The position numbers were made by a program, and so were the translations under genes. A DNA stretch of 64,000 bases from a virus (taxonomy: Duplodnaviria > Heunggongvirae > Uroviricota > Caudoviricetes), in the IMG/VR virus record IMGVR_UViG_3300025896_000021, one strand, 5' to 3'. Below, in pieces: positions 29,617-39,046 of the stretch. Position 1 is the stretch's first letter, and the number at the start of each line of letters is the position of its first letter. The notes under the pieces are model-generated. The model saw nothing but the letters and a program-made list of their open reading frames with translations. It was not told the origin of the DNA and searched no databases.

Positions 29617-31335
29617 TTAATCAGTCACGTAAGTGCCTACAAGATTCACCACAGTGTTTGCTGCGATTCCTGATGCATACAACTTAACATTTCCACTAGC
29701 AATGTTACTAGTGACAGTAATAATATCTTCATTTAAGGTGCTGATTGCTCCGTAAACTGTGATATAACTATCGCTGCCATCATGTATTAACAAGACTTCT
29801 AGTGATTCGTACCCAAGGTCATTGCTAGCTTTGATAATGTATTTAGCAGTTCTAAAAGATGCCACCGTGAAGCTGTCGATCACTGTGTTGGTAGTGACTA
29901 TCACGCTAGTAGCAGAGCTACTAATAATAGATGAGGTTACTAGATTAGTTGAAGTAATGTTACCCGTAGCAATCGAATCACTTGCAATCGTTGTATTACC
30001 AGTAGTTAATCCACTCGTTGTAATTGATGTATTACCGGTAGTTAATCCAGTTGTACTTACCGTAGTGTTGCCCGTTGTAACTCCATTACTACTGATGCTA
30101 GTATTACCGGTTGACAATCCATTAGCTGTAATAGACGTGTTTCCAGTAGTGAGACCAGTTGTGGTAATTGATGTATTACCTGTAGTAAGGCCGGTAGTAC
30201 TTACAGTAGTATTACCAGTAGTAACACCTGCATTGCTGATACTTGTATTACCAGTAGTGACTGTAGTGGTTGTAACTGTATTTCCAGTCACACTTGTATT
30301 TCCAGTAGTCAATCCAGATGAACTAACAGTTGTGTTACCAGTAGTTACTCCGGTTGTGCTGATGCTTGTATTGCCAGTTGTCAACCCAGTGTCTGTAATA
30401 CTTGTATTGCCAGTGGTCACCGTTGTTGTTGTAACTGTACTTCCCGTAACCGTTGTATTACCAGTGGATATTCCATTACTAGTGATACTTGTATTACCAG
30501 TACTCAATCCATTAGCTGTAATCGATGTATTACCAGTAGTCAGGCCTGAGCTACTGATACTTGTATTACCGGTTGTTACTGTCGTTGTCGTAACTGTACT
30601 TCCTGTTACAGTAGTATTACCAGTCGTAAGTCCATCGCTGCTAATTGAAGTATTACCAGTAGTTACTCCTGAACTGCTTACACTAGTATTACCAGTACTC
30701 AATCCATTCGCTGTAATCGATGTATTACCAGTAGTCAATCCGTCAGTACTGACTGTCGTATTACCAGTAGTTACTCCATTACTACTGATGCTTGTATTAC
30801 CAGTTGATAATCCATTAGCTGTAATCGATGTATTACCAGTAGTCAAACCAGTAGTGCTTACTGTAGTTGCACCAGTAGTAACTGAATTACCAGTAACTGA
30901 GGTTGTACCAGTAGATAATCCATTTGCCGTGACAGTTGTATTGCCAGCAGTTAAACCAGTAGTACTAACTGAGGTTGTGCCAGTAGTAAGACCGGTATCA
31001 CTGATACTAGTATTACCAGTTGTTACCGTAGTAGTCGTTACTGTATTTCCGGTTACGCTAGTGTTACCAGTAGTAAGTCCGGTTGTGCTAACTGTGGTAT
31101 TACCAGTAGTAACGCCCGTTGTAGTGACACTTGTATTACCAGTAGTAACACCTGATGTAGTGACTGATGTATTACCGGTAGTAACGCCTGTACTAGTGAT
31201 ACTAGTGTTTCCTACTGCTACGGTAGCTAGCCCAAGATTCTTCCAGCCTACTCCGGTCCATTGGTAGTTATAACCGTTGTATGTAACGATTGTACCTAAT
31301 GGTGCGGTCTTCGGTAATGCTGTAACTGTTGCCAT
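29617..31335 (-). CDS. Fibre protein with a long TTGNT repeat tract and C-terminal connector domain
   Basis: ~420 aa of 12-aa repeats; C-term 'FRTAKYIIK...EVLLIHDG...YG' domain. Confidence 0.75.
   Translation of the reverse strand: MATVTALPKTAPLGTIVTYNGYNYQWTGVGWKNLGLATVAVGNTSITSTGVTTGNTSVTTSGVTTGNTSVTTTGVTTGNTTVSTTGLTTGNTSVTGNTVTTTTVTTGNTSISDTGLTTGTTSVSTTGLTAGNTTVTANGLSTGTTSVTGNSVTTGATTVSTTGLTTGNTSITANGLSTGNTSISSNGVTTGNTTVSTDGLTTGNTSITANGLSTGNTSVSSSGVTTGNTSISSDGLTTGNTTVTGSTVTTTTVTTGNTSISSSGLTTGNTSITANGLSTGNTSITSNGISTGNTTVTGSTVTTTTVTTGNTSITDTGLTTGNTSISTTGVTTGNTTVSSSGLTTGNTSVTGNTVTTTTVTTGNTSISNAGVTTGNTTVSTTGLTTGNTSITTTGLTTGNTSITANGLSTGNTSISSNGVTTGNTTVSTTGLTTGNTSITTSGLTTGNTTIASDSIATGNITSTNLVTSSIISSSATSVIVTTNTVIDSFTVASFRTAKYIIKASNDLGYESLEVLLIHDGSDSYITVYGAISTLNEDIITVTSNIASGNVKLYASGIAANTVVNLVGTYVTD
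29960..31215. repeat. Coding tandem repeat, 36-bp period
   Basis: Same repeat family as 21050-22010. Confidence 0.85.
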
Positions 31336-31341
31336 ATATTG

Positions 31342-31348
31342 TATTTAC
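31342..31348 (-). promoter_or_regulatory. gp55-type late promoter
   Basis: GTAAATA 6 nt before the ATG at 31335. Confidence 0.55.
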
Positions 31349-31353
31349 CCTTG

Positions 31354-33027
31354 TTACGCCGAAGGCGGTGTTATGTTGAACCAGTAATCGCCACCTGCGG
31401 GATTCGTGTCCGGATCATATGCGCCCGAGCCATCTAAGCTAGTCCACATCATTGGGGTTGATTTTGAATTAGGAGAAGTTACTGTAGGTGATATGTCAGA
31501 CCCGTCATTAGTAACTAGCATCCAAATAGAACCGTACGGGATTTCTACACCGGGTATAAATCCAAATGTCACTGGATCTTGATTAGGTGCCATATTCATG
31601 TACCCCATTCCATATTCGGTGAAGTCATATAGTGTAGTAGTATAGTAATATCTACCTTTCCATTCTGTCTTTCCATCGCCAGTTGAAGACAATACTTCAA
31701 ATTTGTTTCCAAAATTTCCGTTTGCAGATAATCCATTACCTAATACAATGTTACCAGTAACATTCAAATTCAGCAAGTTACCCACTGATGTAATGTTTGG
31801 CTGCGCTGCTGTTGTTAATGTACCTGTAAAGAAGTTAGCTGTTACTAAGTTACCTAAATTAGCACTAGTAGCAGTTACGTTTCCGGTTACTGTTAGATTT
31901 ACTAATGACCCGAGTGAAGTTATATTTGGTTGTGCAGAAGCCGATACAGTAACTGCTACATTTGCATTAGAAATAGTACCAACTAAGTTCTTATTAAAGT
32001 TCCAAGTATCAGTCGATGAATTGTACAGCATCGTAGCAAATGCACCATTGACAGTAATACCGGCGCCGTTTGCCTCTGCTGCTGTCGTTGCTGACTTTGC
32101 AACAGTTATGTTCAAATCTACTACGTCTAAGGTAGTAGCATTAATCGTAGTCGTAGTTCCGTAAACAATTAAGTTACCACCTACTGACACGTCCCCAGCT
32201 GTAGTTAAACTTGTTAGATTACCAACGGAAGTAATGTTAGGCTGTGCTGCTGTTGTTAATGTACCTGTAAAGAAGTTAGCAGTAGCAACATTACCTAAGT
32301 TCGCATTAAGTGAAACTACCAAGTTACCAGTAACGTTAGTGTTTGCAGAAAGCGATATAGTCCCAGTACCATTTGGATCTAGTGTTATGTTACTATTTGC
32401 GTCGATACTTGAAATAGTAAAACCAGTAATATTCAAATTACCTAGATTAGCACTTTCACTAGCTACTGACCCACTAAACCCAAGAGTTCCGGCGTATCTA
32501 GCTCCGCTTACATAAATGCTCTTACCAGTTACACCTGTTGCAATAGCAGCAGGAATGTTTGCACCAATGAAGTGTAGTACACCAGCTTGATAGTCAAAGT
32601 ACCATTCGTCATTGTTACCTGAGCCTGCAGCAAAAATCTTAGTACCGGTAGTTTGCGGATTAGCAGCGCCGGCTGTATCAATGTACACTTGTACTTGATA
32701 TGTAGAGCCAAACTCTACCGGTACCCAATCTGTTAAGTTAGTCTTCCAAGACTTATTATCACTAGCAGTAGTATCTTCGGTACATTGAATTGTTTTAGTC
32801 CAGCTACCGGTGCCGTCTTTATATAAGGTGACAAGTGGAGTAGTAGTAGTCGGGATTGATGCTGGTATGTCACCTGATTGTGCCCAAACTTTGTCTCCCC
32901 GCAATAACAATGGACTTGCAATCGCTTCTTCATATGCTTTCTTGTTGACGTCCGTATCGGTTTTAGCTACGCCGTAACCTAGCTTCTTCCATAGATAGTC
33001 AATTTTTTGTGTATCAGCAATAGCCAT
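31354..33027 (-). CDS. Fibre/structural protein
   Basis: Start re-set to MAIADTQKIDYLWKKLGYG, which overlaps the upstream stop (TAATG). AQPNITS repeats; C-term 'DYWFNITPPSA'. Confidence 0.7.
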   Translation of the reverse strand: MAIADTQKIDYLWKKLGYGVAKTDTDVNKKAYEEAIASPLLLRGDKVWAQSGDIPASIPTTTTPLVTLYKDGTGSWTKTIQCTEDTTASDNKSWKTNLTDWVPVEFGSTYQVQVYIDTAGAANPQTTGTKIFAAGSGNNDEWYFDYQAGVLHFIGANIPAAIATGVTGKSIYVSGARYAGTLGFSGSVASESANLGNLNITGFTISSIDANSNITLDPNGTGTISLSANTNVTGNLVVSLNANLGNVATANFFTGTLTTAAQPNITSVGNLTSLTTAGDVSVGGNLIVYGTTTTINATTLDVVDLNITVAKSATTAAEANGAGITVNGAFATMLYNSSTDTWNFNKNLVGTISNANVAVTVSASAQPNITSLGSLVNLTVTGNVTATSANLGNLVTANFFTGTLTTAAQPNITSVGNLLNLNVTGNIVLGNGLSANGNFGNKFEVLSSTGDGKTEWKGRYYYTTTLYDFTEYGMGYMNMAPNQDPVTFGFIPGVEIPYGSIWMLVTNDGSDISPTVTSPNSKSTPMMWTSLDGSGAYDPDTNPAGGDYWFNITPPSA

Positions 33028-35633
33028 TATGCAAAGCTCCATGAAGTCACAGTATCACCTGCATTCAGTGCGATACTGAATAAAATCTGATTACCTGTTG
33101 AGTTTGTAGTACTTATCGTACCCAATGAAATCGTATATGTCTGACTAGTAATCAGTGTACCTTTTGGTACTAATGCACCAACTGCACATCCGTTTGTTCC
33201 ATTGCCCGGACTAGTTGCGCCCGGTATACCTGAACCGTTGTATGCGATACTAGCATCTAACCAACCATTTAAGCTACTAGTAGTATCAATTGTTGTACCC
33301 GGTGCTGCAAAATATAAACCACGAATAGTGCCACTGATTGTTACAGTGAAACTACTACGTGCTGTTCTACTGAATGCACCAAAAAAGTATTGTGTACCAC
33401 TACGTCCTGTAGCTAGATCGGGTCCAGCTGGTAGATACGTCGATAAGTCGGTTGAGAAATTCTTCAGTTGATTCCAGCGAACGACTGCGCCGTCTGTACC
33501 TGCGATAGTTTGTGCGCCAGTCCAAAGACCACTAGTATAGTAGTTTGTAGCAGACGTAAATGCACGAGTGGGGCCAGTACCTGCGATTACAATTCGTTTA
33601 GCTACTGCGTTTGTTCCTCCCACTGCACATGCAATGCTGTCTTCAATGAATCCAGTTGGTGCAGCAGTGAACACTTGAATCTTTTTAGGATGAGATGCAT
33701 AAGTACCATTGCCATTCACATTAGTTGCTAAGAACTTAACTGTTTGAACTGATGCAACACTTGATGCAGTTATACTAATTGACTGACTACCAATTGTGTA
33801 TGCGCTAGCACTTACATTACCTGTATTAGCTTTTGGTATGCCACCTGATAAGAATGTTGTTGCACCATCTAAGTTTGCATACGTCTTAGTTTGTGATGTA
33901 ACTACGTTACCAGTTGTACTTTCATCATTCGCACCCGCTTCGATTTGAAACGGTGTAGTAGTATTTTGATATGTCTGGCCAATCCAGTTATAGATGTTTG
34001 CACTTGCTAATGTAATTGTAGGACTACCTGTGTTGTAGTATGGTACACCTGAAATATAACGATATGTTCCGTTTGTTGCGTTAGCTATTGTAGCAGTAGT
34101 CAAGTCTACGGTAGGAGCTAGAATAACATCATCTTTAACAAACTCTACGATGTTAGTATTTCCACTTGTACTATGGGACAGTTTCAAACTGTTAACTCCG
34201 GCACTGATGCCTGATGCAGTAGCTGCAACTTTAGCAGTAAAGCCTTGATACAATGATGGACTGTATGTTGACAATGCAAATGTAGTCGCAGTGCCTGCAC
34301 TGGTTAGTAAGTTGTAGTCGCTCTCCGCGACTAACACTAGTGAACCATTTGTCCCTGCATTGTTTGCAGAAGATAGTATAATATTGCCAGTGTCAGTTCC
34401 GTTTACAACAGAGCTTAACACGCCACTGTTTCCATCATATGCAAATGAAGTTAGGGTAACAGTTTCGATTGTACCAGTCGTTGCAATACTTCTGTTAACA
34501 CTTACGCCCGCAGTATACGTTGTTGCACCACCTGCATTATTTGCAAAGTTTGCAGCAAGATATGGACTTGTACCGACGCTAGAACTAAATGTAATTGTCT
34601 TTGTACCCAATCCGTTTGGTGCAGAGATACTTGGATTGTACACTTTAATTGCTGATGTACTGTTAGGACCTGCGGCAATATAAGAGGGTGTCGCTGTATC
34701 GTGAGAAGTTAATGTTAAAGTGATTGTCTTTGTACCTGTACCAGAATTCTGACCAGTTGCATAAACGTGACTCTTTCTAGCTGAACCAACCCCGCCGGCT
34801 ACACCATTACTAGCAATGGTATCAGTGACACCATCACCCCAGTTGATAGTATATGTGACTGTAGCACCGGTCGTGTTAGTTGTCAAGTTCTCAAGATAAA
34901 TTGTTTCGCCTTCTGATGCGTACAATGTACTACCAGTTAGTGCAGTACCACCAGTGCTTGCTCTATATAGACTAAAGCCTACAACAGGGTTAGCAGTATA
35001 GATTGTGATATAACTTGCTCTAGTGAATGATGCTTCACTACCTGTGCCAACACCAGCATTATTATACCCACGTACTGTCACCGTGTATGGTGTTAGTGAA
35101 CTAGTAGAATATACATGTGTTGGATTCACTATAGAAACTGCATTACTGTAAGTAGTGTCGCCCCAATTGATATCATATCTATTTGGATTACCTACACTAG
35201 TAATGGCTAATGTTACCGTAGACCCTACGCCGCTAGCAGTAGGAGTCCCAGTGAATGCTACACTTTTCACATACGTATTGTTACGTACATTTTCCATTGC
35301 TTCATTCAAGTCATCAATTGCATCGGTGACTTTAGTTTCTGCTGTCCATGAAGTTATTGTGCCTGGGCTAACTAAATCAGTATCGATTGAATCACCAAGC
35401 GGAACAGTATTACCTGATACACCGGTAAACCCACCAGTAGAAGATATACTGCCACTGACGACTAAGTTACCAGTAGTGGTTATATCACCTAAACTGCTTA
35501 TGGCTCCAGTGCTGCTTATGTTACCGGAAACACTTACTTCGTTAACAGTTATATTGGCATTAGCATCGACAAAATCCAGTGGGATTTCTCCCACTGTGTA
35601 TCCTGCGATTGAATTGAACTTTTTAATTGCCAT
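33027..35633 (-). CDS. Structural protein with two PKD-like Ig domains
   Basis: 'YDINWGD' and 'YTINWGDG...HVY' PKD signatures; N-term MAIKKFNSIAG. Confidence 0.7.
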   Translation of the reverse strand: MAIKKFNSIAGYTVGEIPLDFVDANANITVNEVSVSGNISSTGAISSLGDITTTGNLVVSGSISSTGGFTGVSGNTVPLGDSIDTDLVSPGTITSWTAETKVTDAIDDLNEAMENVRNNTYVKSVAFTGTPTASGVGSTVTLAITSVGNPNRYDINWGDTTYSNAVSIVNPTHVYSTSSLTPYTVTVRGYNNAGVGTGSEASFTRASYITIYTANPVVGFSLYRASTGGTALTGSTLYASEGETIYLENLTTNTTGATVTYTINWGDGVTDTIASNGVAGGVGSARKSHVYATGQNSGTGTKTITLTLTSHDTATPSYIAAGPNSTSAIKVYNPSISAPNGLGTKTITFSSSVGTSPYLAANFANNAGGATTYTAGVSVNRSIATTGTIETVTLTSFAYDGNSGVLSSVVNGTDTGNIILSSANNAGTNGSLVLVAESDYNLLTSAGTATTFALSTYSPSLYQGFTAKVAATASGISAGVNSLKLSHSTSGNTNIVEFVKDDVILAPTVDLTTATIANATNGTYRYISGVPYYNTGSPTITLASANIYNWIGQTYQNTTTPFQIEAGANDESTTGNVVTSQTKTYANLDGATTFLSGGIPKANTGNVSASAYTIGSQSISITASSVASVQTVKFLATNVNGNGTYASHPKKIQVFTAAPTGFIEDSIACAVGGTNAVAKRIVIAGTGPTRAFTSATNYYTSGLWTGAQTIAGTDGAVVRWNQLKNFSTDLSTYLPAGPDLATGRSGTQYFFGAFSRTARSSFTVTISGTIRGLYFAAPGTTIDTTSSLNGWLDASIAYNGSGIPGATSPGNGTNGCAVGALVPKGTLITSQTYTISLGTISTTNSTGNQILFSIALNAGDTVTSWSFA

Positions 35634-35660
35634 ATGTCTTTCTCTAAGTTATATAGCTAT

Positions 35661-38228
35661 TTAGATGGTTCTGAATTGTGTCGTCCAAACTGTGCTAGTT
35701 GATCCTGTTGGGATGACTTTTAGTTGAACCTTGTTCACTGTGTCTACTACTGCAAACTCAACTGCAAATGTTCCTGCTTGTGCTGAATCATCAAAGTTTA
35801 ATTTGTTGTGTGTTGACATTACATCAGTACCATTATGAATAGCAGTGATAGTTGCAACAGTATACTTACCAGTAGCTGCGTCTTCACCTTTAACAAAGAA
35901 TTCAATTGCTCGGCAATTAGAAACATCAACTGAAACTAACGTAGCGGATGCAGTAGATGTTGTAGTAGCAGTTGCTGCATATACCGCAGTATCACCAATA
36001 GAAACTTTAGGTGTGATTACTTCAGTTGCAGCATTCACTGTAGGAGTATCAACACTAGTAGATGATGTCAATACGCCAGTAACATCTGCACCAGTTTCGA
36101 TTACGGTAAATGATGCTGCACCATTAACAGTTATGACTGTGTTTGCAGTTGTTACCGAAGTCCCTTCGATAGTCTCTGTAATCGAATTAACAAAAACGCC
36201 ACTAGATGCATTAGCAATTCTATCTGTGTGAATTACTGAGAATGATAATGTGCCGGCGCCGTCTGTACGCATTGCCACTACTTCTGTTCCATTGAGTGCA
36301 GGAGTTGCACCATCTGCTGTTGGGTACTTCAATGTACTAGCGTATAAGGTAGCAATTTTACCAATCGTAATATTTGCAGTATTACTTGTAGTAGTATCAG
36401 TAAGACCCAACATAACTTTAACGTTAGGCTGAGTATCTGTTTGAATAGTACCATATACATAATTGCTAGTCAATGTAGCAAGGCGTAGATTTGCTAGTGT
36501 ACCGGTTACTGCGCCGCCGTCAAGCGTAGTAGTAGACAGCATTTGAAATTCACTGTTACCTGTATTCCAACCCATAAACTGATTAACACTAGAGCTACCG
36601 TGTAGTAATAAACCGCGATCACCTACAGCCGTAACGATATTCCCACCAGAACCATCTCCACCTAAGTCGATGATTGCGTCTTTGATACTAGTGTTAGTTG
36701 TGTTGACATACGTTGTGTTACCACCAACTGTCAAGTCACCAGTAATAGAAAGACTACCTGCAATATCGGCGTTACCTGTAATAGCAGCATTACCTGTGAT
36801 AGCAGCGTTTCCACCTACTTGCAAGTTACCGGTCACATTCGCACTAGCTGCATTTCCTACACCTGCAGTACCGATTAATACATCACCTGCTATAGTTGCT
36901 TTACTGCTTACATAAATATTTCCACCAATACCAACTCCGCCTGCAACAGTTAATGCACCGGTAGATGCATCAGTAGTAGTTGCAGCATTCGATAGAACAA
37001 CATATCCACTAGCAGAAATATTATTTGCAGTAAACATTCCGGTAACAGTTTGATTACTAGTAGTAACAATATTACTATTGCTACCGGTAGTGCTAATCGT
37101 AGCATTACCCAACTTGATACTGTTACCAGACAACCATAAGTCTTTCCAAGGGTGCAATTCTGATCCCAAGTCAAGCGTTGCTGATCCATTAGGAATCAAG
37201 CTCGTTGTTACAAGTCCGCTGACTGCTAAGTTACTAGTAGATACAATAGCAGCAGTAACTGTTTCAGTTACGTTGACACTACCTGTAATAGTTGCACTGT
37301 TACTAACCGTCAATACGCCTGAAATATTTGTTGCACCTGAAATATTTGCAGTGCTACCCATTGTGACTGCGCCATCTAAATTAGAGGTGGTAGTAGCTCT
37401 TAATGTTTGGCTGCTTACTAATCCTGCATTTGCATAGATATCACCCGGGGCAAGTAATGCAGCATCACTGTTAAATGTCCATTGTTTACTATTACTTGCA
37501 ATGATAACATTAGCGTTTGAGTCTAATACTTGACCGCCTGTTTGAAAGTTAATAGCTTTAACATTTGAAACAGCAGTATTAGCAAGTACGATGTTACCGT
37601 CAACTTCTACATTAGATGAAGTTAGTATGTATCTAAGACCGCTAGATGCTTCCAGTTTAGAACTTCCACTAGATGCATCGTTAAAAATAAGCTGTGTGTT
37701 TGAGCCAGGTGCAGAAATTGTCGCTCCACCAGTAATATTACCACTGAAGTTACCAGTTACATTACCTGTCAAATTACCAGTAATTTCACCTGCATCAATC
37801 GTACCAACTGTGATTGAAGTTGCAGTAATATCGTTAGTTACGCTAATGTTACCAGCATTCATCTGGTCTACACTAATCGTATTAGCACCAATCGTATTTG
37901 CACTAATTGCGTTATTTGCAGTAATGTTAGTTGAAACAATATTACCACCAACTGTCAACGTGTCTAATGTTGATAGCGATGCATTTGCGTTAACAACGCC
38001 ATAAGTGAATACTAGATTGCCAGTTGCTGCAAAATTATTACTAGTGTTGAACTGAATGTAACCGTTACTACCCTGAGCTTCTTGCATGTCCCAAGCTACA
38101 CCGTTTGCATACTGCAAATTGTTTGTTTTAATAGTAGTAAAAGTACCTACACCACTAGGATCGATTACATTCGTAGGAATTTCACCTACCGAGAAACCAC
38201 CAACTGAATTAAACGTTCTTATAGCCAT
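35661..38228 (-). CDS. Fibre protein with C-terminal connector domain
   Basis: N-term MAIRTFNSVGG; 'LIP...TLDLGS...WKDLWLSG' motif; C-term homologous to 29617-29920 and 38249-38585. Confidence 0.72.
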   Translation of the reverse strand: MAIRTFNSVGGFSVGEIPTNVIDPSGVGTFTTIKTNNLQYANGVAWDMQEAQGSNGYIQFNTSNNFAATGNLVFTYGVVNANASLSTLDTLTVGGNIVSTNITANNAISANTIGANTISVDQMNAGNISVTNDITATSITVGTIDAGEITGNLTGNVTGNFSGNITGGATISAPGSNTQLIFNDASSGSSKLEASSGLRYILTSSNVEVDGNIVLANTAVSNVKAINFQTGGQVLDSNANVIIASNSKQWTFNSDAALLAPGDIYANAGLVSSQTLRATTTSNLDGAVTMGSTANISGATNISGVLTVSNSATITGSVNVTETVTAAIVSTSNLAVSGLVTTSLIPNGSATLDLGSELHPWKDLWLSGNSIKLGNATISTTGSNSNIVTTSNQTVTGMFTANNISASGYVVLSNAATTTDASTGALTVAGGVGIGGNIYVSSKATIAGDVLIGTAGVGNAASANVTGNLQVGGNAAITGNAAITGNADIAGSLSITGDLTVGGNTTYVNTTNTSIKDAIIDLGGDGSGGNIVTAVGDRGLLLHGSSSVNQFMGWNTGNSEFQMLSTTTLDGGAVTGTLANLRLATLTSNYVYGTIQTDTQPNVKVMLGLTDTTTSNTANITIGKIATLYASTLKYPTADGATPALNGTEVVAMRTDGAGTLSFSVIHTDRIANASSGVFVNSITETIEGTSVTTANTVITVNGAASFTVIETGADVTGVLTSSTSVDTPTVNAATEVITPKVSIGDTAVYAATATTTSTASATLVSVDVSNCRAIEFFVKGEDAATGKYTVATITAIHNGTDVMSTHNKLNFDDSAQAGTFAVEFAVVDTVNKVQLKVIPTGSTSTVWTTQFRTI

Positions 38229-38248
38229 TTTATTTTTCCTTATTCTTA

Positions 38249-38953
38249 TTATGCTTTATAGCTTGTTACCAAAATCTTATAATTTGTCAAGTGAGCAGTT
38301 TGAGGTGTAACTGTTAATGTCACATTACCCCCAAAGTTACCCGGCTCGAAATTAACCTTAAAATCACCTACGCCCGGACTTGTCACTGGCGCATCGATTG
38401 TACCGTACTCATAGTACCCAACATCATTACCCAACACACTAGCAATCAATTTACTAGTCTGTCTAGTGTTTGCAACACCATCAGTTGCAATAATCGTATA
38501 ATCCATTGAACATACAGTTGGTGCTGATATTTTATGTAGCACTTGGTCAGCCGTCACACTATTAGTAGTAGCAATGAATGATGAAATTGTATAGAATTGA
38601 CTTTCACCCAATCCTAATGAGAAATTATTTGCAGTTAAGTTTTCTTCAACTGTAACTGATTTTGTATCTGGATTATACTTGATACTATCTGCGGTAGCTG
38701 CTAAGCCATAGCTGTTAAACAGCAATGCATTGTTAGGTCCAGTGATAGTGATATTAGCAGAAATGTTGCCCTGCAAGTTACCGTAAAAGTTAGTAGCTGC
38801 AATAGCGCCGGACACTGAAAGGTTACCGCCCACGACAAGATTGCCTGATATCGTAGCTTTAGGAGCCGTGATATTTCCGCTAGTATCTATGATGTTTACC
38901 GGGGGTATTCCTGTAGAAAAACCGCCCGCTGAATTGAATGCATCTGCTGCCAT
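38249..38953 (-). CDS. First (proximal) fibre/adaptor protein
   Basis: Start re-set to MAADAFNSAGG. First gene after the capsid-gene terminator, with its own ATAAATA promoter motif (38981-38987). Confidence 0.7.
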   Translation of the reverse strand: MAADAFNSAGGFSTGIPPVNIIDTSGNITAPKATISGNLVVGGNLSVSGAIAATNFYGNLQGNISANITITGPNNALLFNSYGLAATADSIKYNPDTKSVTVEENLTANNFSLGLGESQFYTISSFIATTNSVTADQVLHKISAPTVCSMDYTIIATDGVANTRQTSKLIASVLGNDVGYYEYGTIDAPVTSPGVGDFKVNFEPGNFGGNVTLTVTPQTAHLTNYKILVTSYKA

Positions 38954-38980
38954 GTATGGTCCCAAATATGTTGTATATCT

Positions 38981-38987
38981 TATTTAT
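38981..38987 (-). promoter_or_regulatory. gp55-type late promoter opening the fibre array
   Basis: ATAAATA between the capsid terminator and 38953. Confidence 0.65.
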
Positions 38988-39019
38988 CATTATTGGGTGA
39001 TAACACTTTGGGTAGCCAT

Positions 39020-39046
39020 AAAAAAAGAGCACCGAAGTGCTCTTTT
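39020..39046 (-). terminator. Rho-independent terminator of the major capsid gene
   Basis: AAAAGAGCAC-TTCG-GTGCTCTTTTTTT; a cUUCGg tetraloop, as in T4 terminators. Confidence 0.9.

Noticed and set aside
21050-31215. 36-bp periodic DNA resembling a CRISPR array
   Set aside because: Repeats are in-frame, vary at third codon positions, have no unique spacers, and no cas genes are present.
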